Made by a program: the position numbers and the translations under genes
Notes under the pieces: generated by a model
Database searches by the model: none
What the model was told of the DNA's origin: nothing
What the model saw: only the letters and a program-made list of their open reading frames with translations
From: Candidatus Woesearchaeota archaeon
GTDB lineage: Archaea > Nanobdellota > Nanobdellia > Woesearchaeales > ARS49
Assembly: GCA_002687275.1 (NCBI GenBank)
Contig: NYZT01000001.1
Span: 1 to 58,052 of the forward strand
Reading direction: 5' to 3'
DNA: 58,052 bases
Shown here: one piece after another, positions 16,169 through 24,842 of the stretch
Layout: each line of letters starts with the position of its first letter
How positions within the stretch are numbered: the stretch's first letter is position 1

Positions 16169-16983
16169 GATCGTTTGTCCATCGTAGAACGATAAAGGGC
16201 CAAGTTTTGACTGTCTGCCTGGAAGATGATCCTCTCCTACTGCCCGATGCACTACGCCAAGCAGAAGGCATATTTCTCGGTGTTGAGAACAGCATGATCG
16301 ACACCAAAAGAATTGATGAGTTCGAAGGGGGAATGGTGGGCCCCCAATCCGTGAATCTCAGAAAAAGAACAGGCAATGAATACGTGCTAGAACAGGTAAG
16401 CTTTATGAGAGGGGTGCCCGCCACGTTCTTCCCAGGAACACTGTTACGATCTTATGAAGGATTCTCCCTACCCGTCATGCCAGTAATCGACCAAGGAGAG
16501 ATTCTTGATGAGCGAGCAAAAAGGACAGGCATAGCCTATGTTGATGATTACCGAGCTCTTGCTGCAGCGTTGATAGATGAAGAATTCGCTAAAAGCGTTC
16601 CCACAACGCTTACTGCGCAAAGAACGCCAGAGATGAATCAATTGGAAACCGCGCTTAAGGATAGAGTCGCGGCAATACGCGGCCAACCCCGAAGTTATGA
16701 CATACAAGGATGGAGGGTTCTACCAGTCATTTGCAATGAGGTACGCACGATTCCCAATGAATACGGCGGAGAGCCAGTAGACCTCATACTCCACTCAAGC
16801 AGCAATTTATTCCCAAATCAAGAAGAAGCCTTAAAAGCGCACGATGGTTTTATAGCCCTAATGGGAGACAGAATACAGCATCCAGCATTCATTGTGCATG
16901 CTCATAAGGGTGAGGATAGCCCTTCATTCTCTGACATCACAATCTATACTTCACAAAAGGGGGAGATCTATCATGGCGATTAA
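16144..16983 (+). CDS. Hypothetical protein, third gene of the cassette
   Basis: 279-aa ORF that overlaps the upstream gene by 25 nt and the hisS ATG by 11 nt. No domain recognised. A Cys lies in VLPVICNE. Confidence 0.6.
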   Translation: MDRMPPQIRSFVHRRTIKGQVLTVCLEDDPLLLPDALRQAEGIFLGVENSMIDTKRIDEFEGGMVGPQSVNLRKRTGNEYVLEQVSFMRGVPATFFPGTLLRSYEGFSLPVMPVIDQGEILDERAKRTGIAYVDDYRALAAALIDEEFAKSVPTTLTAQRTPEMNQLETALKDRVAAIRGQPRSYDIQGWRVLPVICNEVRTIPNEYGGEPVDLILHSSSNLFPNQEEALKAHDGFIALMGDRIQHPAFIVHAHKGEDSPSFSDITIYTSQKGEIYHGD

Positions 16984-18496
16984 ATTTGATGTTGCAAAAG
17001 GGCACAGAGACTGGTATGGTGTCAACACCCTATTAAGAGACGAAGTTAGAGACACGCTAAGAAGCGTTTTTGAGCGGTATGGCTTTGTTCGCATCGAGAC
17101 TCCCATTATTGAGGACCGCGCAGCACTAGGTTTTAAGGGCGGCGGCGAGATCCAGGCAGAAGCGTACAAATTGTCTGATCAAGGAGAAAGAGAGCTAGCA
17201 CTACGGTTTGACCAAACCGTTCCCTTAGCGAGATTCCTGGCAACGCACAGAGAGATCAAACTCCCCTTCAAGAGATACGTCATAGGCGAGGTCTTCCGAG
17301 ACGGGCCCACACAGCCAGAACAAGGAAGGTTCAGAAGCTTCACTCAATGTGATGCAGACACGGTTGGTGTTAAAGAGATGTCAGCCGAGGCAGAGTTCAT
17401 GGCACTAGCAAAGGATGCATTCCAGGACCTTGGCTTGGGCGATGTTGAATTCCAAGTAAACAATCGAAAATTGCTAGACGGCATCCTTGACTTTGCCGGC
17501 GTTCCAGAACACGCCAGGCCACGAACGGTCTCCACTCTAGACAAGATGGACAAGGTACAGGCAGCCGGCGTGAAGAGCCAGCTACTAGACCTAAGACTAG
17601 CTGACGAGCCAATGCAAATTTCCAACGACACGTTTGACGCCTTACGAGATAACTACGACGCAGGACCTCAGCAAGCGGTTGAGAGCCTCCGCGACCAGAT
17701 CATCGCAGAAGTCACAGAAAAAGGGTATGACGAAATACACACAATCGTCACAGAAGCAGCAAGCAAAGGCGCGATGATCGGAGAGATTGACGGCTACCGA
17801 TGCGAGGGAGACCTTCTCCTAACGCCAGACATCGTAGACCGCGTGATACTCGCAACAGAAACTCTAGGAGATAACAACACAACGTTCCATGCCATTGCCT
17901 CTAACGTTTCCTCAGACATAGGAAGAGAAGGGCTGGACGAAGTATGGCAGCTCTTGAAATACGCAGATGCCATGGGCTTTGATTTTGTGAAACTCAACCC
18001 CGCTCTCGCGAGAGGACTGGATTATTACACGGGCACAACCATCGAGGTCTACCTCCAAGACAGGAGCATTGTTGACTCGGCCATCCTTGCGGGTGGACGG
18101 TTTGACGACATGGTGGGCGACTTCAGAGGGGCGGGCGAGGACATGCCTGCAGTAGGCTTCTCCTTTGGACTGGAACGATTAGTAATGGTCTTGAAAGAAC
18201 AACGAGACGTGCCACAGAGCCGGACGCAACTGTACCTCATTCCGTTGGGTGAGACCACAGATGCTTGCCTGCGCGTTGCCCACGACATAAGACAGTCAGG
18301 CGTCAACGCAGACATGGACTTACGAGGACGCAAACTAGGTAAGGCAATCCAACATGCAGAATCTCTAGGCATCCCCTACGTAGGTATCGTAGGCGATGAC
18401 GAGATCGGCAACAACACCGTTTCGGTCAAGAATCTAGATTCAGGAGACCAAGAGAGCGTTCCTGTTGCCGATGTCGCAGGTTATCTAAACATATAA
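16973..18496 (+). CDS. hisS: Histidine--tRNA ligase
   Basis: Class II motifs are present: GHRDWYG, FRDGPTQPEQGRFRSFTQCDAD (motif 2), and GGRFDDMVGDF...PAVGFSFGLERL (motif 3). A C-terminal anticodon-binding domain follows. The track start at 16892 is trimmed to the ATG at 16973 (MAIKFDV). At 507 aa it is long for a HisRS. Confidence 0.9.
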   Translation: MAIKFDVAKGHRDWYGVNTLLRDEVRDTLRSVFERYGFVRIETPIIEDRAALGFKGGGEIQAEAYKLSDQGERELALRFDQTVPLARFLATHREIKLPFKRYVIGEVFRDGPTQPEQGRFRSFTQCDADTVGVKEMSAEAEFMALAKDAFQDLGLGDVEFQVNNRKLLDGILDFAGVPEHARPRTVSTLDKMDKVQAAGVKSQLLDLRLADEPMQISNDTFDALRDNYDAGPQQAVESLRDQIIAEVTEKGYDEIHTIVTEAASKGAMIGEIDGYRCEGDLLLTPDIVDRVILATETLGDNNTTFHAIASNVSSDIGREGLDEVWQLLKYADAMGFDFVKLNPALARGLDYYTGTTIEVYLQDRSIVDSAILAGGRFDDMVGDFRGAGEDMPAVGFSFGLERLVMVLKEQRDVPQSRTQLYLIPLGETTDACLRVAHDIRQSGVNADMDLRGRKLGKAIQHAESLGIPYVGIVGDDEIGNNTVSVKNLDSGDQESVPVADVAGYLNI

Positions 18497-19308
18497 TGCA
18501 CCCCGTACCAACATTTCACCATATTTGCGAACTTCTCGCCAGTGATGCCTCTCGCACCGTGCTAACCCAGTTTTATGAGTCGTTGATCAGCAGGCGCATA
18601 GACGAGGCACCTGACGACGCTGACCCGCGGACTAAACGATTACGAAAGTCCTCCCAGCGGAGAGGCGTGGTGAGGCTGCTACAGGATCTTCCAGGGTACG
18701 AAAGCATGGTTGAGGTGGGGTGTGGGAAAGGAAAACTTGCCAACGAAATCCTGCTTGCCTTTCCAGAAAGAGACATAATGGGCATTGACAAACAGCAAGA
18801 CCTTGTTGATCGCGGACAACGGGAGAATCCAGGCATACGCCTAGTCCAAGCGAATGCGTGGAAATACCAACCTGAGAACGTTGGGGCTGTTGTCGGACTC
18901 CACACGTGCGGGGCCCTTGTCGACCGTACCATCGCCATGGCAGCAGAACAAGACGCAGACGTCGTGGTTGCTCCTTGCTGCTACGGCAAGGTTGGCCTGA
19001 ACGATAGAAGGATTAATCCTTACCAACTACCAAGAAGCAAGGCGCTGCAACAATGGGAGACAAAATTCCTCGACTGCCTTCGTTCAGCAAAGCGCATGGA
19101 GGGTCTAGCGCAAGACCATAAAAATACTCGCGTGTTCTCGTTGATAGATCTTACAAGAATGGCGGTCAACCTTGACCGAATGCTCTGGCTCCAAGAGAGG
19201 GGATATGATGCACGTTTTGTCGAGATTACTGGAACACAAGGCGTGCGTCCTAACGGAGAAAAGTTCTATCAGAGTCAGCTACGACAGGCCATCGTGGGCA
19301 CTAAGTAG
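18496..19308 (+). CDS. Class I SAM-dependent methyltransferase (Methyltransf_32-like)
   Basis: Motifs VEVGCGKGKLA, VGLHTCGALVD and APCCYGK are present. The start follows the hisS stop directly. Confidence 0.7.
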   Translation: MHPVPTFHHICELLASDASRTVLTQFYESLISRRIDEAPDDADPRTKRLRKSSQRRGVVRLLQDLPGYESMVEVGCGKGKLANEILLAFPERDIMGIDKQQDLVDRGQRENPGIRLVQANAWKYQPENVGAVVGLHTCGALVDRTIAMAAEQDADVVVAPCCYGKVGLNDRRINPYQLPRSKALQQWETKFLDCLRSAKRMEGLAQDHKNTRVFSLIDLTRMAVNLDRMLWLQERGYDARFVEITGTQGVRPNGEKFYQSQLRQAIVGTK

Positions 19309-19825
19309 CGAGCTTTATTGCCTTATCAACCGCTTCTTCTGGAGTTGAGGCCGCCTCTACCTTGAGTCGTTCTCTGCCGTCAATAAACTGGTCTGCAAGC
19401 TTCTCGCTCCACCCACCTGTGCCAGTAACCGCAACCATGGGTATGTTCATCTGGTATGCAATGGCTAGCTCAGTCAGGGTTCCAGAACCGCCACTCACGG
19501 CAATGACAACGTCGCAGGTGTTCACTAGAACAAATTCTCTTGCCCCTCCACGTTCCATTCCTGTAACGACGACGACATCGGTAACATCCTTGTCGTAGAT
19601 GTCCTTACCTTTGCCATACGTAACGCCCACGGTAAGTCCGTCGTTCTTTTTTGCGCCTCTCGCGGCTGCGGTGGATAAAGAATCCGTGTCCTTCTCAGCA
19701 CCGTAGACCGTGATGTGTCCTTTTTCTGCTATGAGCTCGCCAATACGTTCGGCTATCTGCTCGACTTCTTTGGTGTATTTTAGGTCTGCCGCAGAGCCCA
19801 TGACGCCGATGTGTAATTTTGTCAT
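19301..19825 (-). CDS. TIGR00725/LOG-family protein
   Basis: IGVMGSA..., ITVYGAEKD..., and VIAVSGGSGTLTELAIAY contain a canonical GGxGTxxE. It is the last gene of the minus-strand operon. Confidence 0.8.
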   Translation of the reverse strand: MTKLHIGVMGSAADLKYTKEVEQIAERIGELIAEKGHITVYGAEKDTDSLSTAAARGAKKNDGLTVGVTYGKGKDIYDKDVTDVVVVTGMERGGAREFVLVNTCDVVIAVSGGSGTLTELAIAYQMNIPMVAVTGTGGWSEKLADQFIDGRERLKVEAASTPEEAVDKAIKLAT

Positions 19826-20631
19826 GATACCAAGGGCCCCACCTGATTTAAAAGTATTTCTACAACACCCTGCGTGTAGGGTTTTGTGGCGACTTTTTCT
19901 GCTTTTGCCTTGACCACGTCTTCGGCATTGGCTACAGCATAGAAATGGTCCACCTGGTTGATTAAGGGCTCATCCGCCCAGTCATCACTTATCATGCACG
20001 TTGTGGCTTGGTTGTAAAACTCGTCGCGTACCTTAGCGAACGTCGTTCCCTTGTCGCAGGTCGTGGGAAACACCAGGACGTTGCCAAACGCTTGGGATAC
20101 TGCCACGCGGAGGGAGAGGTCCTGTTCTTCTATAATTCCTTTGATGTAGTCAGCAATTTGCTGGGTAAGGTCGAGATCTTTTGCTAAGTGACCGTCTTGG
20201 TTTCTTCTCACGTGGATACTCATGGTGTACTTTCTGAACTTGTTTGCTAGAAGCACCACTTGGGCGCTAGCTCTGAAATCGTGCTTAAGAAAGTTGACTG
20301 TGTCCTCAAATAGGAAGACGCTTCCAGGAACCTCAGCGGTGAGACGTTCTGGCAGGATCTGTTTTAATTTTAGTACAGGCGCTTGGTCTGCGTATAGGTG
20401 CTCTTTTCCATCGAGTATGGAGAATGCTCCGTTTTCTCCAATCATGCAGCCGTTGAGTTTGAAGTGGTCATAGATAGGGATGAGGTCTTCCTTGCTTCGG
20501 TTAGAGTTGAGACAGAACACTACGCCCTTTCTCTGCAAATCTTCTATGGTGCTGTAGATCTCCTTGCTTGTAAGATGGTAGTGTTCATTCAAGAGCGTGC
20601 CGTCGATATCCAAAAGCACTAACACAGTCAT
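19822..20631 (-). CDS. HAD-superfamily hydrolase (Cof/IIB-like)
   Basis: Motif I is VLLDIDGTLL and a distal acidic motif is MISDDWADE. It overlaps both neighbours by 4 nt. Confidence 0.75.
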   Translation of the reverse strand: MTVLVLLDIDGTLLNEHYHLTSKEIYSTIEDLQRKGVVFCLNSNRSKEDLIPIYDHFKLNGCMIGENGAFSILDGKEHLYADQAPVLKLKQILPERLTAEVPGSVFLFEDTVNFLKHDFRASAQVVLLANKFRKYTMSIHVRRNQDGHLAKDLDLTQQIADYIKGIIEEQDLSLRVAVSQAFGNVLVFPTTCDKGTTFAKVRDEFYNQATTCMISDDWADEPLINQVDHFYAVANAEDVVKAKAEKVATKPYTQGVVEILLNQVGPLVS

Positions 20632-21395
20632 TGTGCTATCCTCTCTAATACATTGACTACACCTAATGAGGCATCATGAGGTATTGTTGCTGTTGCAACC
20701 TTCTTTAGTTCTGGAACGGCGTTACGAACGGCATACGCCAGCCCTCCAAGTTCTTTGATTGCGACAAACGCATCCACGTCATTCACGCCATCACCAATGA
20801 CTGCCGTTCTTTCTGGATCGATATGTCCTTCTTCGGCAAGCCACTTGATGGCCTCTCCTTTTCCCGAATCTTCATAGCGGACGATGAAATTGCCTCGTCC
20901 GGTGTCATACACGTGGAGTCCCCCTATCTCATCCATAAGTTTCTGGGCAAATGGAACAACATCTTGAACAAACTCGTAAGCTCGTTCTCCGTAATTGAAG
21001 CAGTGAACGCTTACGCTGTATTGTTTTTTTGTGTTGAACTCAAACGTCATGTCTGGATGACCTGCAAGCGTAGGAAGGACTCGCGATTGGACCGCACGGG
21101 CTAGCAAGTCGTTTGCGCAACTCATTCTTTCGTCATCAGGAACCAAGGGCACGGCCTCTCCCCCTACGACCACGCTTGCGCCGTCTTCGTAGATAATCGG
21201 GCCGTTGAGCTCAAACAAATCACATATTTTATTGCAAAAATCAATCTCACGGTTGGTGCAGAGCCCGATCCTTGCCCCTCGCTCTTCTGCCTCCTGGATA
21301 GCAGGCGCTAGTGAAGGGTCATGGTTTCCTTCTGTGTCTATGAGCGTGCCGTCAATATCGCACAGTGCGGTTTGTATCTGGGAGAGGCTAGGCAC
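20628..21395 (-). CDS. HAD-IIB phosphatase
   Basis: ALCDIDGTLID, LCTNRE and VIGDGVNDVDAF are motifs I, II and IV. Confidence 0.8.
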   Translation of the reverse strand: MPSLSQIQTALCDIDGTLIDTEGNHDPSLAPAIQEAEERGARIGLCTNREIDFCNKICDLFELNGPIIYEDGASVVVGGEAVPLVPDDERMSCANDLLARAVQSRVLPTLAGHPDMTFEFNTKKQYSVSVHCFNYGERAYEFVQDVVPFAQKLMDEIGGLHVYDTGRGNFIVRYEDSGKGEAIKWLAEEGHIDPERTAVIGDGVNDVDAFVAIKELGGLAYAVRNAVPELKKVATATIPHDASLGVVNVLERIAQ

Positions 21396-22284
21396 CGTAC
21401 TCCTCCACGAGTTCCCTTATGAGTTTTAGTGATTGTCTTCCGTACTCGGTAGCTTTTTCAGGACGTCGGCTAAACTGGAATCTTGAGCTGAGTGCGAACT
21501 GTCGTGCCCGTCCAAGTTCGAAAGCACCCATGTTTGGAGCATCAACGAGTTTGGCGATGTCTTCTGCAAGCATTTCCGAGCATTCTCTAACACATTCTCC
21601 GCCAGGTACTGCATAGATTTCTTCTGAGAGCGTGCCAAACATGGCAACGTCCACCAGTGGAACGCCTCGGCCTGCTTGTTTGGGATCTGCCAAGATCGCC
21701 TGACACCCTCGAATATAAACATTGTCTGGAGTAAGATCTGCGGTTGCCCATGCCACGTAAGGTGGGGCGATCTTGCTGACGTCGAGTGCCAACACCTCAT
21801 CTGCTTCTTCAGGCGTTAGCACTCCGTCTCCTACCAAATAATTACTGAAATAGCGATGTTGGTCTGCCTTAATACCCTCCAGCCAAGCGACGGATACCGC
21901 CATGTCTTCCTGTTTGGTTCTATCGTACGCCACCATGAATGACGCAGTCATGGCACCCATGAATCTTGCTTCGTTTTCTTCAGACACGCTGCTTCTGAAA
22001 TCAGGGCCAAGGTCTTCCATGAGAATATAATGCAACGCTCTTGGCTCGCGGGACATCAGAAAAATCTCTGGCCCTACGACATCAAGAATGAACAAGGCGG
22101 CCATGGACGTGTATCCTTGGTAGTTAGCAGCGATCTCTGCGCGAGAGTCCTCATCGTGGCCTATCTTGAGAACCGCCTCTCTGTCTTGGTATGTTAGACG
22201 GAAAAACTTGCAACCTATGTCCCCACCCACAAATGCTTCAGGAGGGGTGCTGCTAAACTTTTCGGCTAATTGTTCTGGAGTCAT
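21388..22284 (-). CDS. Kinase-like protein of the aminoglycoside/choline-kinase (APH) fold
   Basis: EAVLKIG supplies an ATP-Lys, ILMEDLG a hinge, ADLTPDNVYI a catalytic D-x4-N loop and ILADPK a DFG-like element. These are read by eye only. Confidence 0.5.
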   Translation of the reverse strand: MTPEQLAEKFSSTPPEAFVGGDIGCKFFRLTYQDREAVLKIGHDEDSRAEIAANYQGYTSMAALFILDVVGPEIFLMSREPRALHYILMEDLGPDFRSSVSEENEARFMGAMTASFMVAYDRTKQEDMAVSVAWLEGIKADQHRYFSNYLVGDGVLTPEEADEVLALDVSKIAPPYVAWATADLTPDNVYIRGCQAILADPKQAGRGVPLVDVAMFGTLSEEIYAVPGGECVRECSEMLAEDIAKLVDAPNMGAFELGRARQFALSSRFQFSRRPEKATEYGRQSLKLIRELVEEYGA

Positions 22285-23177
22285 CAGTCGATGATCTTGC
22301 TGAGTGGGTACTCAACAATACCGTGTGCTCCTTTTGCTTTTAGTTGAGGGATGAGTTTTCTCACAGAGGCTTTGTCAACGATAGTTATAACGTCACACCA
22401 GTCAGGATCAGAAAGATCGCTGATGGTTGGGTTTTGCAGTGCTGGGAGCACGCTTAGCACGGCATCTACGTCTACCTTCTTTACGTTCATCATTAACCCT
22501 ACCTTTGTTTGGGCAACGAGTACGCTTTTGAGTAGCATAGATAATTCTTCCAGTTTTGCCTTTTTCCAGGGATCTTGCCAGCTTTGGTTGTTGGCAACCA
22601 ATCGCGTGGTGCTTTCTAACACCGTGTCTACAACACGCAGATTATTTGCTTTCAATGAAGCCCCTGTTTCGGTAATATCCACAATCGCGTCCACCAAACG
22701 AGGGGTTTTGATCTCTGTTGCACCCCAGGAAAACTCGACTTTTGCTTTCACGTTGTGCTTCTTGAGGTAAGCCTCGACAAGCTTCACCGCCTCTGTCGCG
22801 ATGCGCTTTCCTTCCAAATCTTGTACTGTTTTTATGGGCGAATCATTAGCAACGGCCAGCACCCATTTTACCGGTCGCAAGCCTTGTTTTGCGTATATTA
22901 GTTCTGCTATTTCATAAACGTCCGCATTGTTTTCCATCACCCAGTCTTTGCCGGTTATTCCTGCATCCAGAACTCCATCCTCAACATACATGGCAATTTC
23001 CTGGGCGCGTAAGAGAACAAGTTCGATTTCGTCGTCATCAATAATGGGATAATAAGATCGGGAGCCTAGCCGGATGTTGAATCCGGCCTTTGCAAAGATG
23101 TCAAACGTGCTTTCTTGGAGACTTCCCTTAGGTAGGCCTAGAACTATTTTTCTTTCGTCAGTTGGAACCATTGCCAA
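22284..23177 (-). CDS. hisG: ATP phosphoribosyltransferase, long form with a C-terminal regulatory domain
   Basis: [44 protein letters not shown] and [14 protein letters not shown] are present. The 297-aa length fits the long form. Confidence 0.9.
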   Translation of the reverse strand: MAMVPTDERKIVLGLPKGSLQESTFDIFAKAGFNIRLGSRSYYPIIDDDEIELVLLRAQEIAMYVEDGVLDAGITGKDWVMENNADVYEIAELIYAKQGLRPVKWVLAVANDSPIKTVQDLEGKRIATEAVKLVEAYLKKHNVKAKVEFSWGATEIKTPRLVDAIVDITETGASLKANNLRVVDTVLESTTRLVANNQSWQDPWKKAKLEELSMLLKSVLVAQTKVGLMMNVKKVDVDAVLSVLPALQNPTISDLSDPDWCDVITIVDKASVRKLIPQLKAKGAHGIVEYPLSKIID

Positions 23178-23511
23178 CCTCCTTTCCGTTCTCGTCTCGG
23201 TAGAAGCAGGACTTCTTTCCGGTGTGGCACGCTTTATCCCCTATCTGGTTTATTTTGAGTATCACGGTATCCTCATCACAATCAACAAGTATTGATTTAA
23301 CCTCTTGTACGTTTCCTGAAGTTTCTCCTTTCATCCAGAGCTTGTCTCGAGTTCTGCTAAAGTAGTGCGCTTTCTTTGTTTCTAGAGTCTTTTTCCAAGC
23401 CTCTTCGTTCATGAACCCTACCATTAGTACTTCCCCAGTACTTGCATCTTGCGCGATGGCGGGAACTAATCCTCCTAGTTTGTCAAAGTTAAGTTGCATA
23501 GGGCCCCCCAA
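23158..23511 (-). CDS. hisI: Phosphoribosyl-AMP cyclohydrolase (monofunctional)
   Basis: [53 protein letters not shown]...[28 protein letters not shown] matches HisI. There is no HisE domain. Confidence 0.9.
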   Translation of the reverse strand: MGGPMQLNFDKLGGLVPAIAQDASTGEVLMVGFMNEEAWKKTLETKKAHYFSRTRDKLWMKGETSGNVQEVKSILVDCDEDTVILKINQIGDKACHTGKKSCFYRDENGKEVGNGSN

Positions 23512-23661
23512 GAAGTATGACTAGCAATAATGAAGACAACCAGCGCTTTGCACCTTGGCCTCGATAGTCATGGGAGTATAAATAGAGGCTGCGCTTTTAA
23601 ACGTTACGTTTCAAAAATCGTCAACAACACCTTAATCAATGGTGGCGGCTTACAAGACAGC

Positions 23662-24111
23662 ATGATCCAAGGAATCGTTTTTGACTTATATAGGACGCTG
23701 TATGATCCAGATAACGAAAAACTTATAGCGGGGGCTAGGGAGATATTGGAGTTCGCGAGTTCACGAGTGAAACTTTGCCTTATAAGCAGAAAAGAAGGCG
23801 GGAGGGAACAGATAGTTGCTGATCTTGGCATAGAAGGGTTCTTCACCCATATAGAACTAGCAGAAGATGATAAAGAACCCCGACACTTCCAGGCTTGCGT
23901 GGACTCTCTTGGTGTTCCTGCGAGCGACATCTTAGTAGTTGGCGATAGAGTAAAGGGAGAGATAGCGCTTGGCAACGCTGCAGGCATGACCACGGCATGG
24001 TACAAAACAGGCAAGTATGCGAGCGAGCTCCCTTCTACTGAAATAGAACAACCAGACACGATAATTACCCAGCTCTCTGAGGTTAGAAAATTCTTAGATC
24101 TTACTTCTTAG
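23662..24111 (+). CDS. HAD-superfamily hydrolase (haloacid-dehalogenase-like subfamily I)
   Basis: MIQGIVFDLYRTLYD is motif I, LISRKE is motif II and VVGDRVKGEI is motif IV. The track ORF starts at 23530, but that stretch probably carries the hisI promoter. The start is uncertain. Confidence 0.6.
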   Translation: MIQGIVFDLYRTLYDPDNEKLIAGAREILEFASSRVKLCLISRKEGGREQIVADLGIEGFFTHIELAEDDKEPRHFQACVDSLGVPASDILVVGDRVKGEIALGNAAGMTTAWYKTGKYASELPSTEIEQPDTIITQLSEVRKFLDLTS

Positions 24112-24287
24112 TACACGCAGAGCATTTGTATATCCGATTATGCTGATCTTCATACGTTATAATCTCCCCGCAATCTTTACACTTCGCTTGAAACCTATAC
24201 TTCACAAGACTTACTAGTAGAGCACACTATATAAACCCCTCACTTCTCTCTTCGGGCATATCCCAACGAGCAGGTAATCGTTCCGCA

Positions 24288-24842
24288 GTGGTGACGGTAT
24301 TGGTTACCAACATGGGAAATGTTTATAAGAGTGCACGCGATAACAAGAGTATGAGTGTTGAGGGGAATGCGCTCGAGTTTATCCGAGAGGCAGAGCAAGG
24401 TGCCACCTTGCAAGAGGTGTGCAGCCACTGTGGCCTAGAACGCCACACCATGACCAAGTACTTAGAAAGCCTACGGAGCAAAGGATCGGTCACGTTCAAG
24501 CAAGTAGGCATGTCCAAAGTTTGGTTCCCCACCAAACATCCCTTGATCGAAGTGCTGAAGAATCGCGACATCGCCTCAGGTATCAAAAGCATCGCAGACA
24601 CGGCAGGCAACGTCGCCATTGTTAACAAAGAATTCAAAGTAGAATGGAGTAACAAAGGCAAGCCCAACAAGGCATGCCATGAAATCATGGGCCACCAAGA
24701 CAAGTGCAAGAACTGTCCCGCACACAAAGCATTCTCCACCGGAAAAAGTCAGTCAGTCACGATCAAAGGCCAAAAAGTTGTCGCTCACCCCTTGAAAGAC
24801 GAAGAAGGCAATGTCGTGAGCATTGTTGAAGTGCGCAAATGA
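24288..24842 (+). CDS. Winged-helix regulator with a C-terminal Cys/His-rich PAS-like domain, co-transcribed with suf
   Basis: The wHTH is ALEFIREAEQGATLQEVCSHCGLERHTMTKYLESLRSKGSVTF. The C-terminus has CHEIMGHQDKCKNCPAHKAF, a C-x9-C-x2-C pattern. The stop overlaps the sufB ATG as ATGA. The first ATG is at 24312. Confidence 0.65.
   Translation: MVTVLVTNMGNVYKSARDNKSMSVEGNALEFIREAEQGATLQEVCSHCGLERHTMTKYLESLRSKGSVTFKQVGMSKVWFPTKHPLIEVLKNRDIASGIKSIADTAGNVAIVNKEFKVEWSNKGKPNKACHEIMGHQDKCKNCPAHKAFSTGKSQSVTIKGQKVVAHPLKDEEGNVVSIVEVRK

Noticed and set aside
16144-16983. Carbon-nitrogen hydrolase (nitrilase) assignment for the third cassette protein, based on VICNE
   Set aside because: The candidate Glu, Lys and Cys residues are spaced far differently from the nitrilase superfamily, with ~125 aa between Lys and Cys against ~40. 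The resemblance is probably coincidental.
16973-18496. Possibility that the HisRS-like gene is HisZ, the regulatory subunit for HisG
   Set aside because: All three class II motifs and a full anticodon-binding domain are present. The HisG here is the long form with its own regulatory domain, which by established knowledge does not need HisZ.
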